Positions 1 to 8,051 of a DNA stretch of 64,000 nucleotides are shown piece by piece. The DNA is from Candidatus Saganbacteria bacterium (GTDB taxonomy: Bacteria > Margulisbacteria > WOR-1 > O2-12-FULL-45-9). Location: assembly GCA_016932255.1 (NCBI GenBank), contig JAFGDE010000007.1, positions 269-64,268 of the forward strand, in the 5' to 3' direction. The number at the start of each line of letters is the position of its first letter. Positions within the stretch are counted from its first letter, which is position 1. Position numbers and translations under genes: made by a program. A model generated the notes under the pieces. It was given only the letters and a program-made list of their open reading frames with translations. It made no database searches and had not been told where the DNA came from.

Positions 1-2
1 GC

Positions 3-1424
3 ATGTACCATATTTTAGCAAAAAAGGGGCACCAAGTAAGATTGGCGGCCGAACCATCAGCCCGATCTCTTTCCAGCTTGGTACGGGATTTTTCTCCCCA
101 TTTTGTCGGTTTTACCTCTTACCGTCTGCATTGCAACACGCCTCTTTCCCTGCCGGATCATCCCTGCGTTGATTCTTTGCAGGAACACGCCTTTTTGATC
201 CAAGCTATGCAAAGGCAGGGAATAAAGATAGGGATCGGCGGGCGCGGAGCGACCCTCAATCCCGGTCATTTTGCCCGGGCTTACCGCCCCGATTTTATTG
301 TCAAAGGTTTAGGGGAAATACCTATGATGGTCTTGGCGGGATCCGGCTTTGACGGCAGGGCGATCGAGCATGAAGATGTTTATTGCGGGAATATCGAAGA
401 TACCGCCATCCTGCAGGCTCCGCGGGGAGAAAAATGGATCGAGGTATCGTTTGAACGGCCTTATTCTCTTGAGAACCATGCCAGCACAGCGCGCGTCTAT
501 GTTCAGATCGGCTGCTTTGGAAGATGCATCTTTTGTGCGGAGGACCATCTGGTCAACTATCGTCCCCTGGAATATGTTTTAGATGAATTGTAGCATGTCG
601 TAAGAAGAGGTGCGGCCCAGATCTTTCTGGACGGGCCGGATTTTACCGCCCGCCCTTCAGAAGCCGCCGGAATTATCGAAGGCATCAACCAGATTGATAT
701 TGGCCCGGGGAGTTATTCCATGCATGCGAGAGAGGATAATTTGCATTGCAGCATTTCCGGGAATGAGGGCCCCTGGCATGATTTTTTAAGGTTCAATCGG
801 GCGCGTTTCTCTATAGGTCTGGAAAGCTTTATACCGGAAAAGACCCTGGCGCTGGGGAAGTACCCGAACATTGAACGGGCCCGCAGTGCTCCCGGTCGGC
901 TCGAAGAGATCGCAAAACTGCTCCATTCCTCCCGCAATGAACTGGATCTGTATTGGATCCTGTTCCGGCCGCAGGGGACCATGGCTGAAGCGAAGAGGGA
1001 AATAGACAGCGCTGTTCGCTTTTTCCGTTCCTTTCCCGGCACGGCACAGATCTGGCCGCTGGGGATCTTTAATAATTTACAGGTAATGGATGGGGCTGAA
1101 TTCAATGGCCATCCCGCCGGGGTGACCGAGGTGCCTTACGCTCTTTTTTGGGTCTGGGCGCAAGCAATGCATACTTTGAGGATAATGCCGCGCTATCAAA
1201 GCGGTCGATGGAAGTGGGAAGATAGTATTGCCTGGCTTACGGCGGCTCGGCGTTATATTGATCAGCTGGATCGTCGGACATATCTAATGGATCTAAAACG
1301 AGGAAATATATATCAAGATGTGATGACCGAAGGGATGCGCCTCCCGGGCTTGAAAATAATCGATAACAGGATCTTTCTGGCCGATATTAATGGCGATCGG
1401 CGCGCGGCAGATGCTGTTGGATGA
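3..1424 (+). pseudogene. B12-binding-domain radical SAM protein (5' end cut by the window edge), interrupted by one in-frame TAG at 591-593
   Basis: ORFs 3..593 and 720..1424 are in the same frame, and 594-719 has no further stop. A CxxxCxxC motif (GCFGRCIFC) follows a Rossmann-like N-terminal region. Translation across the TAG reads ...EYVLDEL*HVVRRGAAQIFLDGPDF..., typical of the rSAM core. Confidence 0.6.
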
Positions 1425-1560
1425 GCTAGGTGAATCAAAAGCGGCGGCTGATGTGGAAAAAGGCATCAAATACGCCTGCACCCAGATGAAGTCGATGTCG
1501 GCGGGCAAGATGGGCATGTCCACGACCGAGGTCGGGGACACTGTCGCGGCTAATATCTGA
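1360..1560 (+). pseudogene. C-terminal relic (about 65 codons) of an isopropylmalate/homoisocitrate/isocitrate dehydrogenase family gene
   Basis: The frame-1 translation is ...PILMAIGARQMLLDELGESKAAADVEKGIKYACTQMKSMSAGKMGMSTTEVGDTVAANI*. This matches the conserved C-terminal pattern of the beta-decarboxylating dehydrogenase family (...aa.MLl.hLGe..aA..vE.av...). A stop at 1357-1359 closes the frame upstream, and no N-terminal part is present. Confidence 0.5.
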
Positions 1561-1599
1561 GACCCTGAAATCCTGCCCTGTTTTCGTCGAAGATAGGGC

Positions 1600-2646
1600 A
1601 TGAACACGCTCACTTTGCTCAAATCCTGCGAAAGATACGCTTTACCGCAGCTTCATGCCCGCGTGGCTCCGGCCCGCGTCAGGCATGTCCGGGCGGTCAA
1701 TAACGCTTTTTCCGCCCTGGTCAAAGGTGATTTTCCGCGTATCTATGACGCTCTCCAGCCCAATGTCAGGGAAGCGACCGACTTAGGGCGTTATTGCTGG
1801 ACACTGGCTGGTATCCGCCGGGAATATCTGTCTTTGACAGCCAAACAGAAACAAGAGCTGGCTGTCGCTGTGGCTTTCCACGATATCGGCTATCTGGAAG
1901 ACGACGGGATCATGCATGGGGAGGCCGGCGCCAGACAGCTGTCCGGACATTTCATGAGGGCCGGGATCCGCGGCATTGACCGCATGTCAGTTTCCGAACT
2001 GATCAGGTTCCATGGCATTATGCTGGACGCGACCGCCCAGTTCCTGCCGACAGATCTTGAGCGTTTTTCTGAGGCCCAGAAGACGCAGCTGCTGGTCCTG
2101 GGACTAGCTGATGCGATCGGCAAACCATCCGGCAACAACGTTTCACTGCGGGTCCTTGACACGCTGGTCAAAATGAGGCTTGGCTGCTATGAAACCACTT
2201 CAAGATATTTTAACCTGCGCCTGCGTTCCCTGCTGGGGCCGACCAACTACAGCTATATCGAGAGCCAGATCACATACGACAGCCTGACCGACGCTATAAA
2301 ATACGGTCTTTCCCCGGAGGACCGCCACAGCCTGGTCAGGAACGTTGGCGAGCGTTTTCGCAATCACTGCTGGCCTGTCTTTCAGGAGCTAGTGCTGAAC
2401 AACAATGGCGTCAAGGCCTACCTCGATCTCCTGGTCAGGCTGAGCCGGATCGCTGACTCGGAATACAAGGACAAGGAAACCATCGACCTGGTCTTTCAGC
2501 CGGATTTCTTCAAGATGCCTTCGGAGCGCAGGCAGCCATATATCGATGCTTTAAAGCGGGACCCGATCGGTGATTTTGTGGTCACTACGGAGAACGGCCA
2601 GCGCGGGACTATGCTGATCAACCTGGGGATGGCCCTACCTAGATGA
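1600..2646 (+). CDS. HD-domain protein (metal-dependent phosphohydrolase-like), function unknown
   Basis: 348-aa ORF with an AVAFHDIGY (HD) motif and downstream His/Asp residues. Its 3' end overlaps leuD by 12 nt in convergent orientation. Confidence 0.5.
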   Translation: MNTLTLLKSCERYALPQLHARVAPARVRHVRAVNNAFSALVKGDFPRIYDALQPNVREATDLGRYCWTLAGIRREYLSLTAKQKQELAVAVAFHDIGYLEDDGIMHGEAGARQLSGHFMRAGIRGIDRMSVSELIRFHGIMLDATAQFLPTDLERFSEAQKTQLLVLGLADAIGKPSGNNVSLRVLDTLVKMRLGCYETTSRYFNLRLRSLLGPTNYSYIESQITYDSLTDAIKYGLSPEDRHSLVRNVGERFRNHCWPVFQELVLNNNGVKAYLDLLVRLSRIADSEYKDKETIDLVFQPDFFKMPSERRQPYIDALKRDPIGDFVVTTENGQRGTMLINLGMALPR

Positions 2647-3120
2647 GCGCCTGATCTGCTCGATGAGGCCGCCGGCCTTGATTATCTTCTGCATGAACGG
2701 CGGGAACGGCTGGGCGTAATAGATCATTTTCGTGGTCAAATTCTTGATCTCACCTTTAGCCAGGTCAACCTGTATCTCGTCGCCCTCTCTTATTTCGTTG
2801 GCTGCCTCAACGCATTCCAGGATCGCCAGGCCGATATTGATCGCGTTGCGGTAGAAGATCCGGGCAAAGGACTTGGCAATGACCGCCTGGATGCCGGCCG
2901 CCTTGATGGCAATAGGGGCGTGCTCTCTGGATGAGCCGCAGCCAAAATTATCGCCAGCCACGATAAAGTCGCCTTTCTGTTTTTTGCTGGCCCAGGCCGG
3001 GTCAGCATCTTCCATGGCATGTTCAGCCAGTTCTTTGGGGTCAGAAGTGTTCAAATACCTGGCCGGAATGATCAGGTCAGTATCAATGTTATTACCGAAT
3101 TTCCAGGCTTTGCCTTTCAT
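2635..3120 (-). CDS. leuD: 3-isopropylmalate (or homoaconitate) dehydratase small subunit, short archaeal-type form
   Basis: 161 aa. [23 protein letters not shown] and [14 protein letters not shown] are hallmark LeuD/aconitase swivel-domain motifs. The start overlaps the leuC stop. Confidence 0.85.
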   Translation of the reverse strand: MKGKAWKFGNNIDTDLIIPARYLNTSDPKELAEHAMEDADPAWASKKQKGDFIVAGDNFGCGSSREHAPIAIKAAGIQAVIAKSFARIFYRNAINIGLAILECVEAANEIREGDEIQVDLAKGEIKNLTTKMIYYAQPFPPFMQKIIKAGGLIEQIRRSSR

Positions 3121-4379
3121 TAAAGCGCCTCCGGACTGATGATGCGGCCGGCCACGGCCGAAGCCGCAGCTACGGCTACGTTCGAGAGGTAAACTTCCGA
3201 CTTAGGATGGCCCATTCTGCCCACGAAATTCCGGTTGGTCGTGGCGATCGAGCGTTCGCCTTCAGCCAAAATGCCCATGTGACCGCCCAAACACGGCCCG
3301 CAGGTCGGGGTAGAAACCACCGCTCCAGCCTTGATAAAGGTCTCGGTCAGGCCTTCCTTGATCATTTGCATGGAGATCTCCTGAGTCCCGGGCAGGATGA
3401 TGCACCTGAGATCTTTGTGGATCCTTTTGCCTTTGAGCACTTTAGCCGCCACTCTCATGTCCTCGATGCGGCCGTTGGTGCAGGAGCCGATCACTGATTG
3501 ATTGATCTTAACGCTTCTGCATTTGCTGACCGGCTTGGTATTGCTGGGCAGGTGAGGGAAAGAGACCTGCGGTTCGATCCTGCTCACATCCCATTCGTAG
3601 ACAGCCTTATATGCCGCGTCAGGATCTGAATGATAAACAGTTCCTTTGCCGGCTTTGACTTTCTTAAGAAAAGCCAGGGTCTTGGCGTCAGCCTCAAATA
3701 TGCCGTTCTTGCCGCCGGCCTCGATCGCCATGTTGGCAATAGTCAAGCGGCCCTCAACGGAAAGGGCTTTGATCACCGGGCCGGTGAACTCCATGCTCAT
3801 GTATCTGGCGCCGTCAACGCCGATCTGGCCGATGGTGTAAAGGATCAAATCTTTGGCCTCGACCCATTTTTTCAGCTTCCCTTTGAACACGAACTTCAGC
3901 TGTTCAGGCACCTTGAGCCAGACCTCGCCCGTGGCCATGGCCGCGGCCATGTCGGTTGAGCCGACGCCGGTCGAAAATGCAGCCAGAGCGCCGTAGGTGC
4001 AGGTGTGCGAATCTGCGCCGATGACCAGGTCGCCGGCCTTGATCGCGCCCATCTCGGGCAGCAGGGCGTGCTCAATGCCCATACAGCCGATCTCAAAGAA
4101 ATTGACAATGCCGTACTTTTTAGCGAAGTCGCGCATCATCTTGACCTGCTGGGCTGATTTAATATCCTTGGCCGGGGTAAAATGATCCGGCACTAGGTAA
4201 ATTTTCGTCTTATCAAAAACTTTCCTAACGCCGATCTTCTCAAAAGCCTTGATCGCCGGAGGAGTGGTGATATCGTTGCCCAGGACAGCGTCAACTTTGC
4301 AATTGATCAGCTGGCCGGGCTCGACTTTTTTCAAGCCCGCGTGTTTAGCGAGTATTTTTTGAGTTATCGTCTGTCCCAT
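3120..4379 (-). CDS. leuC: 3-isopropylmalate (or homoaconitate) dehydratase large subunit
   Basis: 419 aa. [15 protein letters not shown]..., [16 protein letters not shown] and the TCGPCLG cluster-ligand motifs belong to the aconitase family. Confidence 0.9.
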   Translation of the reverse strand: MGQTITQKILAKHAGLKKVEPGQLINCKVDAVLGNDITTPPAIKAFEKIGVRKVFDKTKIYLVPDHFTPAKDIKSAQQVKMMRDFAKKYGIVNFFEIGCMGIEHALLPEMGAIKAGDLVIGADSHTCTYGALAAFSTGVGSTDMAAAMATGEVWLKVPEQLKFVFKGKLKKWVEAKDLILYTIGQIGVDGARYMSMEFTGPVIKALSVEGRLTIANMAIEAGGKNGIFEADAKTLAFLKKVKAGKGTVYHSDPDAAYKAVYEWDVSRIEPQVSFPHLPSNTKPVSKCRSVKINQSVIGSCTNGRIEDMRVAAKVLKGKRIHKDLRCIILPGTQEISMQMIKEGLTETFIKAGAVVSTPTCGPCLGGHMGILAEGERSIATTNRNFVGRMGHPKSEVYLSNVAVAAASAVAGRIISPEAL

Positions 4380-4403
4380 AGGCAGATAATAGTATCAGAT
4401 TTG

Positions 4404-4412
4404 TGTTATAAT
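4404..4412 (+). promoter_or_regulatory. Candidate extended -10 box (TGTTATAAT) in the leuC / outer-membrane-protein (OMP)-like gene divergent region
   Basis: TGnTATAAT at 4404-4412, 31 nt upstream of ATG 4444. Confidence 0.35.
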
Positions 4413-4443
4413 GGCAATAATGACGCTGAAAGGGGTTTGGATA

Positions 4444-4932
4444 ATGAAAAAGTTAATTAGCATGTTGCTTGTCTCGACATTTGTTCTTTCGTTCGCTGCT
4501 GCAGCCAGGGCTGAGATTGGTATAGGTTATGAGGCTCTGACGATCCTGCCTCACGCCTTCACATTATATTACAAGCCGGCTGACCATGGGTGGGGAGCTA
4601 AATTGTCCTCTGACTTCGGTTTTTCAGCGTTCTCCAACATGGTGAAACTGGTCGGGGTCATTGCCACGCTCGGGTTGGGGGATTTCGATGAGGTCTATTT
4701 TTATACCCTCAGCGTGACCAAGGACATGTCATACGATGAAATGTCCCGTTCATATCTTAGGTTCGGCGCGATGGTCTTCAACGGGAAGATAGCAGGCCAG
4801 ACTTCTACCGATATTGTGCCCAGCATCGGTTACGGCTGGGAGTGGCAGAAAGGTCTTTTTGGCAGTCTGACCGGTTCAGTTGAAATGGGTTTTCCTGAGC
4901 TGTTGACCCTGGGGTTTAGACACTATTTCTGA
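4444..4932 (+). CDS. Small secreted beta-barrel-like (outer-membrane-type) protein, translationally coupled to thiC
   Basis: Signal peptide MKKLISMLLVSTFVLSFAAAARA, alternating hydrophobic strands and a C-terminal ...GFRHYF. The stop overlaps the thiC ATG (TGATG at 4930-4934). The start was moved from 4411 to the Met that precedes the signal peptide. Confidence 0.55.
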   Translation: MKKLISMLLVSTFVLSFAAAARAEIGIGYEALTILPHAFTLYYKPADHGWGAKLSSDFGFSAFSNMVKLVGVIATLGLGDFDEVYFYTLSVTKDMSYDEMSRSYLRFGAMVFNGKIAGQTSTDIVPSIGYGWEWQKGLFGSLTGSVEMGFPELLTLGFRHYF

Positions 4933-6215
4933 TGACCCAAAGAGAAGCAGCGCTTAAAGGCAATATTACCGAAGCCATGGCCAGGGTGGCCAGGGACGAA
5001 GGCCGCTCGGCTGAGGAGATCCGCGTTGGCCTAGCCCAGGGTACGATCGCCATTCCGCTCAATCCCTTGCACAAGAATTGCAGACCTGTCGGCATAGGCC
5101 AGGAGCTGCGCACCAAGGTCAATGCCAATATCGGCACTTCGGTCGATTTTCCCCATGTTGCTGATGAACTGATCAAGCTAAAAGCCGCTCTCGACGCCAG
5201 GACCGATGCTGTTATGGACCTGTCGACCGGTGGGGATATCATGGCCATCCGGCGCAGGATCATTGCTGAATGTCCGGTCACTCTCGGTACGGTCCCGATC
5301 TATCAGGCAGTTGCCGAAAAGAAAATGACCGCGGACGGCATGTTCTCCGTGGTCGAAGAACAGGCTAAAGACGGCGTTGATTTCATGACCATCCATTGCG
5401 GCGTGACCTTTGAAACGATCGGCCGCTTGAAGAAACAGCCGCGTTTGATGGAAGTCGTGTCCCGCGGCGGCGCTTTGCTCATGAAGTGGATCCTGGACAA
5501 TAAAGAAGAGAACCCTTTTTACGCGCAGTTCGACCGCTTGCTTGAGATCGCCGGGAAATATGACATCACGCTTTCCCTGGGTGACGGCATGAGGCCGGGC
5601 AGTATAGTTGACGCGGGCGACCAGGCCCAGATCCAGGAACTGGTCGTACTGGGAGACCTGACCAAGCGGGCCTGGGAGGCTGGGGTGCAGGTCATTATCG
5701 AAGGTCCGGGCCATGTGCCTTATGACCAGATCGAATCGCAGATAAAAATGCAGAAAGAGGTCTGTAAAGGCGCGCCGTTCTATGTGTTGGGCCCTCTGCC
5801 CACTGATGTTGCGCCTGGTTACGACCATATAACTTCAGCTATCGGCGGCACACTGGCTGCTTCAGCTGGAGCGGATTTTCTCTGCTATGTTACGCCGACC
5901 GAGCATCTTGGCCTGCCTGAGGCCGAGGATGTCAAGGCCGGAGTGATCGCTTCGCGCATCGCGGCCCATTGCGCTGATATCGTTAAAAAAGTTCCAGGAG
6001 CGAAGAACTGGGATATTGAGATGTCCAAGGCGCGCAAAGAACTTAACTGGGGCAAACAGATCGCTTTAGCCATTGATCCTGTGCGGGCAAAAGAGATACA
6101 TCAACGACGCATCGGGACGAGGGACGACGGACGAGGGACGGTTGATGTCTGTTCCATGTGCGGCGAGTTCTGCGCCATGAAAGTGTCGACAGAAGCATTG
6201 GGGAGGCGTTCTTGA
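4932..6215 (+). CDS. thiC: Phosphomethylpyrimidine synthase (short-form ThiC)
   Basis: 427 aa with family-typical sequence throughout, including the C-terminal CSMCGEFCAMK Fe-S motif. Confidence 0.95.
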   Translation: MTQREAALKGNITEAMARVARDEGRSAEEIRVGLAQGTIAIPLNPLHKNCRPVGIGQELRTKVNANIGTSVDFPHVADELIKLKAALDARTDAVMDLSTGGDIMAIRRRIIAECPVTLGTVPIYQAVAEKKMTADGMFSVVEEQAKDGVDFMTIHCGVTFETIGRLKKQPRLMEVVSRGGALLMKWILDNKEENPFYAQFDRLLEIAGKYDITLSLGDGMRPGSIVDAGDQAQIQELVVLGDLTKRAWEAGVQVIIEGPGHVPYDQIESQIKMQKEVCKGAPFYVLGPLPTDVAPGYDHITSAIGGTLAASAGADFLCYVTPTEHLGLPEAEDVKAGVIASRIAAHCADIVKKVPGAKNWDIEMSKARKELNWGKQIALAIDPVRAKEIHQRRIGTRDDGRGTVDVCSMCGEFCAMKVSTEALGRRS

Positions 6216-6240
6216 TTATTGAATTGTCGTGATGTATAAT
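6212..6240 (+). promoter_or_regulatory. Near-consensus sigma70-type promoter for the 56-aa ORF
   Basis: TTGATT (6212-6217), a 17-nt spacer, then TATAAT (6235-6240). It overlaps the thiC stop codon. Confidence 0.5.
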
Positions 6241-6266
6241 TAAATGTGTGAGGAGGTGGTGATCTT

Positions 6267-6437
6267 ATGACAAAAAGGAAAAATAGCTTGGTCCAATTGA
6301 AGCAAGTTGAAAAAAGGCTTTCTGCAGCGGAGAAAGCAGTGGTTGATGCGAAGAACGGTCTTAAAAAGCTTCGGCGCAGTGTAAATATAGGCGGCGGGAT
6401 AGAGAAAATCGCGAAAAGCTATAAACCTGCCAGATAG
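6267..6437 (+). CDS. 56-aa lysine/arginine-rich small protein: candidate YcaO substrate or RiPP-like precursor, or a small basic protein
   Basis: Strong SD (GAGGAGGTG) 7 nt upstream of the ATG. It has its own promoter and its own terminator. Sequence: MTKRKNSLVQLKQVEKRLSAAEKAVVDAKNGLKKLRRSVNIGGGIEKIAKSYKPAR. It is below the length cutoff of the ORF track. Confidence 0.55.
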   Translation: MTKRKNSLVQLKQVEKRLSAAEKAVVDAKNGLKKLRRSVNIGGGIEKIAKSYKPAR

Positions 6438-6454
6438 AAAAATATTTTCCAGAA

Positions 6455-6489
6455 AAAGAAGAACAAAGACGATTTTGTTCTTCTTTTTT
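6455..6489 (+). terminator. Rho-independent terminator/attenuator between the small ORF and ycaO
   Basis: 13-bp perfect stem AAAGAAGAACAAA (6455-6467) / TTTGTTCTTCTTT (6474-6486) with a 6-nt loop, followed by a T run. Confidence 0.6.
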
Positions 6490-6514
6490 GCTATATTGAG
6501 GGTAGGAGAGCAGA

Positions 6515-7939
6515 TTGTCTAGAAAAAAGCCAGAGAGATCCAGTGGATTTAAGTTGTTCGAGCAAAGCGGTGACAGAATGGTCACTCCGGAATTGACGGC
6601 CGAAGTCGCGTCAGAGCACATCAGCCGGTTAAAGGATCTGCGTTATTTTAAGATCAGACCGCTAAAAACGATCATATCGGGCGTGCGCTGTTATGTGTGC
6701 AAGAGCGATCGTTTAGACTCTTACGGCAAAGGTGTTACGGATGCACAGGCGCGGGCCAGCGCCCTGATGGAATTCTGCGAAAGATATTCACACATCAATT
6801 TCAATTACAAGCGTGCTCCGGGTTACGTAGTCAAGTCGTTTTCTGAAATGTCCCGGGCAAAGGCGGATGTGGTGCCACGTTCCTACTTCTTAAGCAATTT
6901 TTTTGACCTGGCCAATGTCCGGAATTTATTGGCTGAAATAGCGGGGATCAGGCTGAAATGGATCAAGGGACGTTCTTTGATAAGCGGCCGCGATATTTAT
7001 TATCCGATTAACTGGCACAATTACATTTTTACATCTACTGGACTGGCAAGCGGCAATACGTTCGAAGAAGCGATCCTGGCCGGGCTTTGCGAAGTTATCG
7101 AAAGAGAGAACATTTATCGTTTCTTTGTTGATCGTCGGAAGGCGCCTGATGTTGATTTGGGCAGTTTTAGCGATCCGTTGATCCGCAGCATGATCGAGCA
7201 GGCCGGCAAAGCCGGCATCAGACTAAGGGTGAAGGATATTTCGTTCGATCTGAAAGTGCCGACATTTATCCTGCAAGGAAGATGCGAAAAGCGCAGAGGA
7301 TTGCTTACCGGTAAAGGTTCTGGCCAGGGCTGTCACCCTGACCCGGACAAGGCGCTTATGCGCTGTCTTACAGAATATTTCGAGTCTTTTGCCGCACTGG
7401 AAGAGATCGAGCGAACCCCGGTCTGGTTCGGCTGGGATGAATTGATCTCATGCCTGCCGAGAAAGAACTTCGGGTTTATTAATCGGTTCAATCAGGGGAT
7501 GTTCGATCGAGCGAGTTCAAGCGTCGCACGGTCTAAATTCAAGAGTATTAGCAGGAAAGGCGGGTTTAAAGAATTGCGCTGCTTGTTGAATGTTATGAAG
7601 CGCAAGAAATTTGATGTTATTATTGTTAATAAAATCCATCCCAAAATTAACATCCCTGTTGCCAGGGTGATTGTGCCGGGCATGCGCTCGAACATTAGCA
7701 ATGAAACAAATGACATCCGGCGCATTTTAAGCTTGGTTTATCATGAGGCAGACGAACACAAGGCTGCGATCGACTCATTAAAAAAATCACTGCTGGCCAA
7801 GAAGTACGCCGAATATTTTTCAGGAATGGGGGATAAAATAGATTTTTATGACGTTGATTATCTTAAAACATTAGAGGCGCTTGGTGACAAAAAGACCAAT
7901 GTTTTATTCCTCAATAATGGCTTGACCTTGGGAAGATGA
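6515..7939 (+). CDS. YcaO-domain protein (ATP-dependent backbone-amide-activating enzyme family), stand-alone
   Basis: 474 aa. Motifs SYGKGVTDAQARASALMEFCERYS, GLASGNTFEEAILAGLCEVIERE and PVARVIVPGM are typical of the YcaO domain. TTG start with an AGGAG SD. No E1-like, dehydrogenase or TfuA partner is visible nearby. Confidence 0.85.
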   Translation: MSRKKPERSSGFKLFEQSGDRMVTPELTAEVASEHISRLKDLRYFKIRPLKTIISGVRCYVCKSDRLDSYGKGVTDAQARASALMEFCERYSHINFNYKRAPGYVVKSFSEMSRAKADVVPRSYFLSNFFDLANVRNLLAEIAGIRLKWIKGRSLISGRDIYYPINWHNYIFTSTGLASGNTFEEAILAGLCEVIERENIYRFFVDRRKAPDVDLGSFSDPLIRSMIEQAGKAGIRLRVKDISFDLKVPTFILQGRCEKRRGLLTGKGSGQGCHPDPDKALMRCLTEYFESFAALEEIERTPVWFGWDELISCLPRKNFGFINRFNQGMFDRASSSVARSKFKSISRKGGFKELRCLLNVMKRKKFDVIIVNKIHPKINIPVARVIVPGMRSNISNETNDIRRILSLVYHEADEHKAAIDSLKKSLLAKKYAEYFSGMGDKIDFYDVDYLKTLEALGDKKTNVLFLNNGLTLGR

Positions 7940-8035
7940 TGTTGCAGCCGCGTTGTGGTTGAATGCTTGACCGAAACACATCGCAAATCGGCCGATCGTA
8001 AGCTTGTTGCCTAAATTCCGCAAGAAGCCCATTCA

Positions 8036-8044
8036 TGATATAAT
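8036..8044 (+). promoter_or_regulatory. Extended -10 box (TGATATAAT) 7 nt upstream of the thiL ATG, suggesting a leaderless transcript
   Basis: TG 8036-8037 and TATAAT 8039-8044, with ATG at 8052. No SD lies between them. Confidence 0.4.
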
Positions 8045-8051
8045 CAGCTTC

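Noticed and set aside
591-593. The in-frame TAG as evidence of genome-wide stop-codon reassignment.
   Set aside because: TAG terminates well-defined genes in the same window, e.g. the xer recombinase at 11559-11561 and the 56-aa ORF at 6435-6437. Conserved C-termini elsewhere end where expected at TGA or TAA stops. A local event (mutation, error or site-specific read-through) is more likely.
4380-4443. An expected TPP riboswitch upstream of thiC or its operon.
   Set aside because: Only about 64 nt separate the leuC start from the OMP-like gene, and thiC overlaps that gene's stop. I could not find the conserved TPP-aptamer elements (CUGAGA ... ACCUGAUCUGGAUAAUGCCAGCG-like). No room or motif for a riboswitch is visible.
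6115-6140. A 12-nt direct repeat GGACGAGGGACG, present twice at a 14-nt period inside the thiC 3' region, suggesting a slippage duplication or frameshift.
   Set aside because: The reading frame continues intact into the conserved CSMCGEFCAMK motif. A 14-nt duplication would have destroyed that frame. It is treated as coincidental low-complexity sequence coding GTRDDGRGT.
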